DNA of 64,000 bases from Mobula hypostoma (taxonomy: Eukaryota): positions 17,298,001 to 17,362,000 of the forward strand of contig NC_086097.1 in NCBI RefSeq assembly GCF_963921235.1, in the 5' to 3' direction. Numbering within the stretch: position 1 is the stretch's first letter; the number at the start of each line of letters is the position of its first letter. Made by a program: the position numbers and the translations under genes. Below the pieces are notes generated by a model that was given only the letters and a program-made list of their open reading frames with translations, was not told the origin of the DNA and did not search any database. Below, piece after piece: positions 51,081 to 63,293 of the stretch.

Positions 51081-51501
51081 GGTTCTACGAAGCTTCCCAG
51101 GCCCTTGGATGGAGAAGGGATCAGTACATAGGAGGCTATGTATCTCTGTGTTGCACCACCGAGTGCTTCCCTGCCCTCAAAATGACCCAGTCCTAGTACT
51201 CATGCAAGAATTTGACCTCTCAGTTCCCTTCAACTGAGTGAGATTGTGCACTCTGGCTGCCATTTTTCAGGATAAGTGTCTTGGAATTGGGAGAGGTCAA
51301 TGAAGAGGAATATTTCAAGCCGCAAGACACTCTCACTTTGAAAATGATACCTTAAAGTTATGAACTTTCATGCCCGGTGAAGAATTATCTCTCTCTCTCT
51401 CACTCTCACGCACACAACCACTACAACCTCCCCCACTCACGCCCAACTTTGTCTAAATTTCACTCACTTCCATTGTTAGGAGAGTTGGGTACTCCTCAAG
51501 G

Positions 51502-51747
51502 CAACACACATACAATACGCAGCCGGCCCGGCAGCATCTATGGAAAAGAGTACAGTTGACATTTCAGGTTGAGACCCTTCATTAGGACTGGGTGAACCAG
51601 GACTGGGAGACTCAGTCCTGATGCAGGGTCTTGACCCAAAACGTCGACTGTTTACTCTTTTCCATAGATGCTGCCTGGCCTGCTGTGTTCCTCCAGCATT
51701 CTGTATGCATTACTTTGGATTTGCAGCATCCGCAGATGTTCTTAGTT
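51502..51747. mobile_element. older fold-back PLE-tail insertion
   Basis: Minus-strand tail to CCCTTCATTAGGACTG, a short spacer, then plus-strand CAGTCCTGATGCAGGGTCTTGACCCAAAACGTCGACTG tail. Confidence 0.8.
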
Positions 51748-53967
51748 AGTCCTCAACGTTTTTTCTCTTTTTGCTCTACTTATTTAACATTATATATATC
51801 TTGCTGTAATTTACAATAATGATAATGTTTTTATTGTTATGTATTGCAATGTATCTGCTGCATATCCATAAATTTTATGACATATGCCAATTATATTAAA
51901 CCTGATTCTGATTCTGAACATTGCTATCATTGAGAGTCCACTTATCTGTCTGGCTAGTAGAGATATCTTCCTCTTTTGGCTTCCCAGCACCCCGCAGCTG
52001 TGATATGCTGATCTAGAAGTTCATTCCAATAATATTTTAAGTGTGATTACAAGTTATTGTTTATTCGTTCTTCCCAGAGCTAAATGTTATTAAGACAATT
52101 TGTGGATCACTCTGCATCATTCTGGGAAACTCAACTGGACACTTCATGGGATGAGTCATTCTTACACCCGATATGTTTTCCTTGCAGGGTACATGAAGTG
52201 AAATCTTTGTCAGTGCTATGTTCATTTTGTGTCTTTGCAGGGTGGGATCATTAAGACCCCATCTTCAAACTCCTGACCCCCCCCCCTAAGTGTATAGGGT
52301 TGTAGCCTCTGACCTCACAATCCCACTAGATTCAACTCCATAGCTCAGTACTCACTTTTCCAACACAAGAACCCTACCATCCCTGAGACCCAGTCCTCTA
52401 TCTTCCAATCTTGCCCTCTCCCCTCCTACGATTCTCTGAAGCACAGCTTCTGCAGAACAAAAAAACAGAGATGTTATTTTCCTTAGCCAAAACCAGTAAC
52501 AAGTGTTCCAACTAACTCATCACAGAACTTCTGCCACTCACAATAAATGTTTTATAGTTGTGGGAGGTGTGAGAAAATCTGCGATGTTCCTTATTCAGAG
52601 ACTATTTATAACTAAAGGTTCCAATGGCCATACGGGAGGAATACAAAAGTTCACATTGATTTACAAGTTAATGGATGGCAGACCGAAGTGCTGACAGTGA
52701 CTGCTTTTCAATAAGCCTTTTACATTCTACGCCCTAAACTACAAGAGAACTGTTGAGCCTTTGTTGTAGGGGAAGAGCCTCCATATTGTCTGCAGACTTC
52801 TGCAACTGCTATTCTTCATCCTGTGAACTTCAATCTTATCATTGATTTAGAGGATCAAAATTCAAAAATGCACTCTCTGAAGTTACTTTTATTTTCATTT
52901 TTCAGTTAAACTTTGAATTTTTTTCTTTTCTCTTTCGTGACATTTTTTTGCTCACTTTGCTGAATAGACTGAACTGCGTCAATAGTCCTCATAGCCTAAT
53001 GCTAGACAAAATCCTGAACTGCCTGGCTCGTCAGTCACTTGGGGGAATCATTATTTAGCAGTTGAGCAGGAGTTACAGGAGAGACATCAGCAATGGGAGA
53101 GCTGGATAGCATTCTCTCCCCGATCCAAAAATACTGACAATTTCAGAACAATTTCATTTCAGGAAACATAACCCAGAAGGACAGAATATCTCTGGGGTTT
53201 GTGTTTCCTTCAGCCAAGTACACATCAGGAAAGGACTGACTGAGGCACATAAACCTTTCTGCGAGCTCATCAATGCTCCTGTGTGACCAGTCAGATTCTG
53301 ATGAAATATTTTGCTTTTCTAAGGCAAAGGCTCAGTGAATGATTGGTGAACATTAAATTACTTGGGCCAATAAATTTAATTAACAACCCAATTTAGGATC
53401 TCTTTAGTCTTGTGTCCAACACTCAACCCAGTGAATTACTGCAGTGTCAATAACCAAAGAACAGGAGTATTGATGCTTCTTTTAATCTTTCATTGTCTTT
53501 GTCCAGGGCTAGAGGAGTCATAAAAGACACATACACTGGGTGGGTCAGCAGTAAAACATGCCAACTTTTCTATGTGGGATGATTTTCAAAGCAGTTTGAC
53601 AGCTGGAATACCAAGAAGGGACAGATGGAGAAAGGCATCAGGGAGGCTGGAGCGAAAAAATTGGAGCATGGGAAATCATCCAGAACCAAGAGAGTCATTG
53701 TCCTTCGATCAAGAAATGATTTGGAGTGTTGCATGCCTTCAGAATCCTGGAGGTGAGATAGAATAATTCACTACAAAGAGAAAATGAAAAATAATTAAAA
53801 CATCAGCAATGGTGTAATGGTCCCTGAATTGAATGTGGTAACTTGGCCAGACATAGAAAAACATATCACTTTTATCTGCAGAAGTTTCTGTAGTCCAACT
53901 TATAAAGCTGTTTTTTTAAACATAGATTTTTTTTAAAAGCTAGATCTCTTCCCCTTCTTCAATTATT

Positions 53968-54535
53968 AACGCAGAAAAGGTTTACAAAGATGCCGCCTGG
54001 TTTAGAAGGCAGGTGCTATCATGAGAGCTGGACAAACCGGGTCTGCGCCCTATGGAACAGTGGAGGCTGAGGGGAGATCTGATAGAGGCTAACAAGATCA
54101 TGAGAGGTACAGACAGAGTAGACAGAGATTATCTGCTCCCCAGGGTAGAAATCTCCAGGGGATGTGAGGTGTGAATTTTTTACTCAGAGTCTTGGATGTC
54201 TGGAATGCACTGTCTGGTATGGTGGTAGAGGCAAATACGTTAGAGGTTTTTAAGAGACGTTTAGATAAGCACATGAATATGTGGAAGATGGAGGTATATG
54301 GACATACTGTTCAAATTCCTTACTCACTCTTCCTTCAGTTAGTCCTGACGAAGGGTCTCGGCCTGAAACGTCGACTGCACCTCTTCCTACAGATGCTGCC
54401 TGGCCTGCTGCGTTCACCAGCAACTTTGATGTGTGTTGCTGGGATTAGTTTTAGTTCTTTTAATATACTTTTTAGCTGATTCAGCACAATGTTGTGGGTT
54501 AAAGGGCCTGTTCCTTTGTTGTACTGTTCTATGAT
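53968..54535 (+). mobile_element. old CR1 3' end, interrupted by a young PLE tail (54311-54440)
   Basis: RRLRGDLIEANKIMRG...VWNALSGMVVEA; CR1 UTR resumes GGGATTAGTTTTAG. Confidence 0.8.
54341..54376 (+). ncRNA. minimal hammerhead ribozyme motif (best-preserved copy)
   Basis: AGTC-CTGACGA-AGG GTCTCGG CCT-GAAAC-GTC-GACT; stem I AGTC/GACT, stem II AGG/CCT, predicted cleavage after C54372. Confidence 0.7.
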
Positions 54536-57294
54536 CAATATATTTTGTGTCAAGTTCCTTCTGTTTCATATTTTTGTTGTTAGCATACCATCTGTGATCT
54601 TCTCTGCTGTCCATGGGGTACTCCACATCCATGATGGTTAGTCTCTGGAGGGTTGTTGTTGCCTTACATGCGAAGCTCCTTACTTTTTAAAAACTTCTTA
54701 TCAGTTCAAATGTTGCATTTCCATCTCATGATTCAAGGTCACCTGACCTTACTGGATCAACTTCTTATTGGCTCTGGTACAGGGCTACAACCAGCATTGT
54801 TCTATGGCCTTTGTCCTCAGCCTTGTGCTTTTTGTTCTTTTCCACTCTGACCAGTTCAAACCAGTTAAACTAGGTGACCCAGACACCGAACCACCTCCTG
54901 TTCCTTCTGAAAGCTGTCTATTTTACATAATAAATAGCTACATTTCTGACAATAGTCTCAGGTGTAGCAAGTCATTAGCAGAAAACCATCCTAACACAGT
55001 CACACAACCAAATCCAATTAAATTTAAGGCAGCTTTTCTTCTTCAATAATCTCCTCCTTAAACCCACCCTCCGCCACCTCCAGTTTAAATTCCATGTGTA
55101 ATATTTTGGAGGATCAAGAACCAAGAACCATCCTTGTGTCCACAATCCAATCCTCTGATTAAATTATCCCAGAGCAAGAAATTAGTTTAATCAGTTCACA
55201 AAATAGCAGCTGCAAGAACAGTCTCACAAAATGGCTGCCTCCATTCTTGTTCAATGATTGTCATTAATTCTGGCCAAGATCTTGATCTTAAAAATGTCTT
55301 GGCTTAGCTTCTAATGGTAATGCATGGTAATAAGAGCATCATCAGCTGAACATCACAATGCCGTTTGTGTTGTCGGTATGCGTTTTCTCTTCAGTTTCAC
55401 TGATTCTGACTTGTATTGTGACATACAGGAATTTACTCTGCCATGATGGGCTGGCTGTATGTGACAATTTCTAATTCTTTCAAAATTGCAGTTTTTAAAG
55501 TGGTAATCTAGTTATCTTGCTGAATGAATTTTAATTAATCTGTCATTCTTATCTAATATGTAAATTCATTCTTTACAATGACAGGTACAAGTTGGACAGT
55601 AAAAGCTGAGATCAACTGAAAAAATAAACCCCTAGGAGGGAGATAAAATCTCTTTTCAATTTTAATTGCTTCCTCAGCAATTTTAGGAGTTTGATGTTCA
55701 GCAAAGATTGATGACTTCGTCAACTATGATCACTTCTCTAGTGTTATGAGAGTGGATGATCTCTTTCTGATTGGATATCTTCCCATATTGAGAGATTTAA
55801 TCCTGTTCTGAGATTGGTTTGCACGCAGGAGCAGTAAGTAATATACATACAAGAAAGATTCGTTTAGCAGATAAATGTTATCCTCACATGTAAATCATAA
55901 ATTGACACTGACACCTCACTGCCTTGCTGAGGCATCATTGTGCTATTGGATCAAACTTTGCTTTAAGTAAAACTCTCAACCATCTTCCCACCCAGACAAA
56001 ACATATGTGATCCCTTGCTGCTGTTTGAAGAAGTCTGGATGAATTCTGTTCACAGCCCTGCCAACATATATCCAAAAATCATCACTACTAATGTAGATTC
56101 TCTTGACATCTATGCTCACTATGGTTTGCAGAACCTTGCTATGTGTAAGTTAGTTGTTGTGTTTGTATTTAGATAACAGTGGCTAGACTTTATAAGTACT
56201 TCATAGACCACTGAGTGCTTTGGACATTCTGGGAAAAAGAATGACACTTTACAATGAGAAATACTGATCTTGGTCTAGTGCCTGACACTGTACAACTATT
56301 TAGGATTATTGATATCTAATACCTTCCTTTTTGGTGCAATCACATTTTTTTAGATTAGTATTTCTTCTTCATTCTTCACATGCCTGATGACCACAAAGTT
56401 TAGATGTTAGACAATAGTATTCACCGCAAAAAATACTTGAGTTGGTCTTTTTGGATCCAGGCTCTTCGGCACAGAACTTGCTCTGCAGCTGAGGCCTGCA
56501 GTCATTGACACAACACTAAACTGAGCTGACTCGGTGACTGTCACTCCTGGACCATTTTGGGGCCTCTGGTTTGATGTTGAATATTCTCTACCGTCTTTTT
56601 GTCATTTGCATGATTTGTTCTATTTTTCACATGTTGGGTGTTTCTTGTTTTCTTTGTACGGGTCCCATGGTGTTTCTTTGTTTCATGGCTGCCTGTAGGA
56701 GGACGAGTCTCAGGGTTGTGTACTGTATATACTTTGATAAAGGATGTACTTAGGAACTTTGAATCTTTGAAACTTTACATACAAAATATGCATTCAAAGC
56801 TCATAAACTTGAATGGATATTGCTTTTTAACTTAGAAAATTATTTATGGATGTCTGGCAGGTTAAGGATTCAATAGATACCAAACTTTATACTAACCATG
56901 TTTTACCTGCTTCCCTCCTGTAGTCACTAATAGACTCCTACAACCCTCAAAAAAATCTCCAGCTACCATCGGTTTGCTCATTGAGCAGCCTGTCTACAAT
57001 TGGGACATGTGTCAACTATATCATTGGGTCTCCCCTCAATAATCTCCTGTAATCATAGCCACCCTTGCAAATGTTGACCCATCCTATGACTGTGAGTACC
57101 TCTTCCTATAACCTCTCCCCTTCCATCAGTTCAAACATGTGCCCTTGTGAGCCAGCTTACAAAGTACAATGTTCCTCATAGGCACATACCTGGCCATTTG
57201 TATTCTGCCCAATATCCAAGAAACCTGTTCTCACAGCAACCAGCATAACCCACAGCTCCTCACCCATGAACTCTACTATTCAAAAACTGATAGT

Positions 57295-57450
57295 TTTTGA
57301 ATAGATAGGGCATCAAAGGATATGATGAGAAGGCTGGTGTATGGAGTTGAGTGGGATCCAGAATCAGGCATGATGGAATGGCAGAGCAGACTCAATGGGC
57401 TGAATGGCCTAATTCTGCTCCTACGTCTTATTGTCTTATGGTCTTATGAA
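57295..57450 (+). mobile_element. CR1 3' UTR/tail
   Basis: ...CTAATTCTGCTCCTACGTCTTATTGTCTTATGGTCTTATG. Confidence 0.9.
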
Positions 57451-57499
57451 TTACTTTCAAGACTATCCTATTGCATGTCATTTAAAATTCAACAATATA

Positions 57500-57789
57500 C
57501 ACTCAATGGCCACTTTATTAGGTACCTCCTGTATTAGGATTATTAATATCTAATGCCTTCATTTCTGGTGGTAATCTCATTATCTTTTGAGATGAATATT
57601 TCTTCTTCATTCTTAATGTTGGGACATGCCTGATGACAGTGAAGTTTTATTAGGTACCTCCTATACCTAATGAAGTGGCCACTGAGTTCATTGTCTTTGG
57701 CAGCTGCAGCCCATCCACTTCAAGGTTCAATGTGTTGTGTGATCATTGTAATGTGTGGTTATCTGAGCTACTGCCACCATCCTGTCAGC
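57500..57789 (-). mobile_element. Tc1-derived MITE-like end plus transposase fragment
   Basis: TA|CACTCAATGGCCACTTTATTAGGTA ... TACCTAATGAAGTGGCCACTGAGT inverted pair; 57700-57790 is antisense transposase of the same family as 40652. Confidence 0.8.
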
Positions 57790-58545
57790 TTTAACCACCC
57801 AGAGGCACGCTGGAAAGTGTGTTTTCACTTCGACCAAGATAAGGACCCATGTTGTCCAGCATAGGAATGTGAGTCAGCCAATCAGGATTGTGGGATGTGA
57901 GAGATCTTTCTAGAGAGCTGTGGGGAAGAGTTTTCTGAGGGAGGGTAGTCTAGTTAGGGGTCTTTTGGTGGGAGATGCGGAGTGAGTCAGAAGGGAAGAT
58001 GCCATTGGAAGAACAATCCCTGTTGCTAGAAATGCTTTGAATGGCTCCAAGGTGGAAGGGCAATACTCCTGAGAGAGAGAGCCAGTTTGCTCAACCTGCT
58101 CTTCAAGGGGAGTTTGTAAATGTGGTGGGTGCTTTCACTCAGACCGTGGGTCCAGCACGTGAATAAAAGATACACCCCTGAATACTCCAATATGAGGTCC
58201 AGTGGTTGTGTGCACATTGGACTGGTTTAACTGTAATGGGCCTTTTATTCTCTTTTCTTTTCTTTCCTATTAACTTGTTAAGCTGATATTGGTAAATGTA
58301 ATCTCACTCTAATTAATGTGGTCTTTGTTCTGTTATTTCTTGCCAACTGAAATCTGTGTTTGGGCAGTATTTACACAGTCTTTGCTCAAATCGAGGTTTC
58401 TTTAATTGGAACCCCAAATGATACCAACCCAAGATGTATTATATTTAGGTTATGGAAAGTGGCCTTCACACTGCCGAGTCACGTGGCTGTTGGCCGAGTT
58501 AGCTATCGAGCCAAGTTTGCATACGTGCCCAGTGCGAGGGTTACA
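57790..58545 (+). mobile_element. candidate solo LTR (about 756 bp)
   Basis: TTTAACC...GGTTACA (6/7 terminal inverted match); CCAAT box near 57878, two TGAGTCA sites, AATAAA at 58162; no clean TSD. Confidence 0.6.
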
Positions 58546-58555
58546 TACAGTATGG

Positions 58556-59492
58556 CAATGACACAGATGATGAAGTTGATAGCTCTTTGACCAATTTTGT
58601 GGACAATATGAATATAAGTGGAAGTTCAGGTAGTTTTGAGGAAGCAGAGAGGCTACAGAAGGACTTAGACAGATTAGGGAATGGGCAAAGAAGTGGCAGA
58701 TGGAATAGAGCTTTGGGAAGTGTATAGTCATGCACTTTGATAGAAGAAATAAAAAAGCATAGACTACTTTCTAAATGGAGAGAATATTAAAAAGTCTGAG
58801 GTGCACATTGACTTGGGAGTCCTTGTGCAGAATTCCCTAAAGGTTAATTTGCAGATTGAGTCTGTGGTGTGGAAGGCAAATGTAAATTCAGCATTCATTT
58901 CGAGAGGACTAGAATATAAAAAGCAAGGATGTAATGTTGAGGGTTTATAAGGCACAGGGGAGACCTCACTTGGAGTATTGTTAGCAGTTTTGGGCCTCTT
59001 ATCTAAGAAACGATATGCTGACATTGGCAAGGATTCAAAGGAGGTTCACAAAAATGATTCTGGGATTTAAAAGTTTATTGTATGAGGAACGTTGGAGGGC
59101 TCTGGGCCTGTACTCACCAGAATTTAGAAGAATGGGGGGAGGGTGGAATCTCATTGAAACCTATCGAAGGTTGAAAGGACTCAATAGAGTGGATATGGAG
59201 AGGACGTTCCCTATGGTGGGAGAGTCTAAGACCAGAGGACACAGCTTTTTTAACCAGAGAGTGGTGAATTTGTGGAATTCATACCCACAAGCGGCTGCAG
59301 TGGCCAAGTCATTGAGTATACATAAGGTGGAGGTTGATAAAGTCTTGATTAGTTAGAGCATGAAAGGATATGGGGGGGTGGGAGCTGTGGGGCTGAGAGG
59401 GAAATGGATCAGCCTTGATGAAATGATGGAGCAGAATGGATGGGCCAAATGGCCTAATTCAGCTCTTATATCTTATGATTTTATGGTCTTAT
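58556..59492 (+). mobile_element. CR1 RT C-terminus to 3' end
   Basis: LQKDLDRLG...LARIQRRFTKMILG...FFNQRVVNLWNS, plus tail. Confidence 0.92.
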
Positions 59493-61384
59493 ATTGTTAA
59501 CAGAAAATGCAATCTTGAAAAAGGCATGTACTGCAGAAGGTGGGCAAATACTTTCAGGAAGCCAAGGCAACTTAATGATACATGCAGATACATGAAGGAA
59601 ATGGGCTGAATTACACAAGGTAGTCCGCAGCACAGTGCAAAAAAATGGCAAGGAAAGAAAGTACACACATTGAATCAATACACTGAAAATTTTGGTGGAC
59701 AAAGAAACCACAGAAATAACCTGGTAGTGCAATTGCTGAAGATAAAGCCACAGAAAGACAAAAGCACACAAGAATTTAAAAAGTAATGAAAAACAAAAGG
59801 GGAACATTGATTGGGGTATAGATAGAGCACCTTGTGCTGTTCACTTAGTCCCTAATAGAAGGGACATTAAAACCATAGAAGATCTAATGAAGATACACTA
59901 ACACAGGACCCCTACCATTAACAGAGAGGTTCGTGGACCCCAGGTTGGGAAACACTGCACTAGCTAAATCTGGAAAGAGCTCCAATGTTTATAACAGAGA
60001 ACAATTTACTAGAAATTGAAAAATAAAGAAACATTTTAACAGTCCCGAAATTTTTCTCCAGTTGGAGAATGAGTAATAGGAGGTCACCTCTAGAAGTACA
60101 AATTGAGGAGTGAGTTTGTAGGTATTTCAAGGGGGTTGCTCAGGCTAGAAACAAATTGCCAAAGGGAGTGATTCAAATAAAGGCAACTGAAGCCATTTAA
60201 ACAGAGGAAGAGAGCATGAAAGAGAGAGTGAGAGAGAAAGGGAGGGAGAGAGGAAGTGAGGAAGAGCGAGAAGAAGAGGTAGGGAAGAGGTTATGGAAAT
60301 ACTTTTGGATCCTTCTAGTAAAATTATGTCTCAATGAAAATGAACTACCTGTCCTCCTCCTATGCTACTAAACTAGGCTCTTAACTTATGATTTAAATAT
60401 AGGGTGCCTACAGTTTGGAAGTTGAGACATTAGACACACTGAATTTCAAGCTAAACAGTAGAAAACAATGTGTTGCTTTTTTGGCTCAGGAGGCAAAGTT
60501 GATCGCAGCCACAGACACTACACATATATAGAAAAGCGTGACTCATAACCACTGATAAACACAATAAGAAAACATATTGGAGATAAATTTTCCAAGTCCA
60601 CTCTGGTGGCCGGGAACCCTGCCCGCTGGCAGGAAGCCTATGACTTCACAAAAAACTCAGAAAGTTGACCTTACTGAGTGACACATATGCGCTTAGGGAC
60701 CACAGGAACTAATAACCATATCAGTGCAAGCTAACTGTGTGAGTTTTTTAAAAGGAATGTTTGTACTTCAACAAAGCAAAGTCCTAATTCATTCCGTATA
60801 AATGGATACTGATAATTTCAGTTTTTGTAGGCAGCATGAATAAGAGAAGATCTTGGACTCACACTTGAACATTTCTCACAGTTAATAGCTTTTCAGCTAC
60901 TTTCATTGACGGTTCTGTCATCTTGCTGTATGTCATTGAGATCTTCAGTACCAGTCTAGTGAAACATTTAGCACATTACTAACTTTGACGATCTATAGAA
61001 GAGAACCAGTCAGGGCTGTTCATGGATAATATAACAGACTTTCTGCTGGAGGAACTCAATGTGTTGACCAGCCACTATGGGAGGAAAGGGATTGTCAATA
61101 TTTCAGGTCAAAACCCTGCATCAGGACACTCTGAGTCAATCCTGACACGTTCCTTCTGTTATCGTTGAGTGATTCCCCCCATTCTCTCTTGCCTTCTTTG
61201 TCCTACTGTCAAATCAGGCCAACAGCCTATTGAGCTTCTCCAGCAAATTGTTTGTTACTCCAGATTCTAGAATCTACAATCTCTTGTGTCTCCAATTTTG
61301 CACTGTACTGTCTGCCTGATTGTTTAGATAACATCGGACCTCAAGCAGAGGAAAGTTGGTAAACCAGTAAATTTGTTTATTATT

Positions 61385-61995
61385 GTCATAAGTTGAAGTT
61401 CCAGTTTATTGTCATTCAACTGTAAACATGTATACTGCCAAATGAAACAACATTCCTCCGGATCAAGGTGCATAACACGGAACATATAACTCACACCCTT
61501 AACACATAAAGTAATATTACCACTAGTAAATTAACAAATAATAAGGTGCATTTGTGACACAAGCTAAAAAGTAAACAGTATAACGCTACGAGCTCTTCAT
61601 ACATGATGAGACCTGGGTGTGGCAGGGGGTTGAGCAGTCTTACAGCCTGGCAGAAGAATCTGTTCTCCATCCTAACAGTTCTTGTCCTAATGCTACGGTG
61701 CCTCCTGCCTAATGGTAAGAGGGCCAAAGATATTGTTGGATGGTATGCGATGGTTCAATGCTAAAGGCCCTGCGTTCACAGCATTCCTGATAAATATCTC
61801 TGATGGGTGGAGGTGAGACCCCAATGACTCTCAGCAGTCATCACAATCTTTTCTTGGGATTTGCAGTCAGATGCCTTGCAATTCCCCTACCAGACAGTGA
61901 TATAGCTGGTCAGAACACTCTCAATGCTGCTCCTGTAAAAATTGTTCGGAATGGGAGGGTGGGGGAGCTTCACTCGCCTCAACTGCTCAAGAAGT
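61385..61995 (-). mobile_element. Rex1/Babar-like 3' end
   Basis: LLPLGRRHRSIRTRTVRMENRFFCQAVRLLN (61491..61727), plus tail. Confidence 0.85.
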
Positions 61996-61999
61996 GGAG

Positions 62000-63160
62000 T
62001 GTATTATCCCTCTCAACCCCATTCTCCTGCCTTATGCCTGCAATCTCTGATGCCCTTACTAATCAAGAACCAATCAAGCTCTGCTTTAAATATACCCAGT
62101 GACTTGGCTTCCAGAGCCCCTTGTGGTGATGAATTCCACAAATTCAGCATCTTCTGGCTGAAGAAATTCCTCCACAGCCCTGTTCTAAAGGAATGTCCTT
62201 CTGTTCTGAGGCTGAGCCCTCTAATCCAAGCTCTCCCACTGTAGGAAACATCCTTTCCACATCCACTCGATCTAGGCCTTACAATATTCAATAGTTTCAA
62301 TGAGATCCCCCCTCATTCTTCTAAACTCCAAAAAGTGCAGGCCTAGAAATGTCAAACGATCCTATTACCCTTTTGTTCCTGGGATCATTCTCATGAACCT
62401 CCTCTGGATGCTCTCCTATACCAGCAAATACTGTCTTGTATGAGGGGTCCAGAATTGCTCACAATACTCCGTGCTGTCTGACCAATGCCTTATAAAGCCT
62501 CAACATTACATCCTTGTTTTTATATTCGTCCTCTCAAAATGAAAGCTTTGTCATGGCAGTAGAAGAGACCATGGACTGACATGTCAGAATGGGAAAGATC
62601 ATGGCTTCCTTTACTGCGTCAATAAGGCCACACTCATTTGGGAGGAGCAACACCTTATATTCCATTGAGATGGCCTCCAATCTGATGGCATGAACATCGA
62701 TTTCTCAAACTTCTGGTAATGCTTCCTGCCCCCCCCCCCCTTTACAGTTCCCCATTCCTGTTTCCCTCTCTCACCTTATCTCCTTACCTGCCCATCACCA
62801 CCCTCTGTTGCTTATTCTGACTTCTTCCCCCTTCCTTTTCAGTTCTGATGAAGAGTATCAGCCCGAAACGTCAACTGATTATTCCCATCCACAGATACTG
62901 CCTGACCTGCTGGACTACTCCACTCCTCCAGCACACTATGTGTATTCTACCTTCCACTTCTTAGCTCATTCTCCTAATCTAGATCCTTCTGCGGTCTTCC
63001 TGCTCGCTCAACACTACCTGCACCTATCTTCTTATCATCTGCAAGTGTAGCCACAACATCATCAATTTTGTCTTCCAAATCATTGACATATAACGTGAAA
63101 AGAAGTGGCCCCTATGCTGACCCCTTCGGAACACCACTAGTCACCAGCAATCAACCAGAA
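62000..63160 (-). mobile_element. CR1 fragment split by a PLE
   Basis: GLSLRTEGHSFRT...FFSQKMLNLWNS (62013..62300); antisense VTSGVPKGSA at about 63110-63150. Confidence 0.85.
62549..62935 (+). mobile_element. Penelope-like 3' fragment with short 5' inversion and hammerhead-like motif
   Basis: EEQHLIFH*DGLQSDGMNIDFSNFW*; 62549-62597 is inverted; TCAGTT-CTGATGA-...-GAAAC-GTC-AACTGA at 62839-62878. Confidence 0.85.
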
Positions 63161-63293
63161 GTACATGTAGATCATTTCATGACAATAGTACTTCGAGAAA
63201 ACAATAACAGTCACAAAGAAAGTATACTACAGGCAGGCAATAACTTGCAAGATCATAACGAGGTAGATTGTGAAGTCAAGGGTCCATTATATA

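Noticed and set aside
60205..60300. GA-rich tract as a functional element
   Set aside because: Simple low-complexity sequence next to a decayed CR1 end; nothing else supports function
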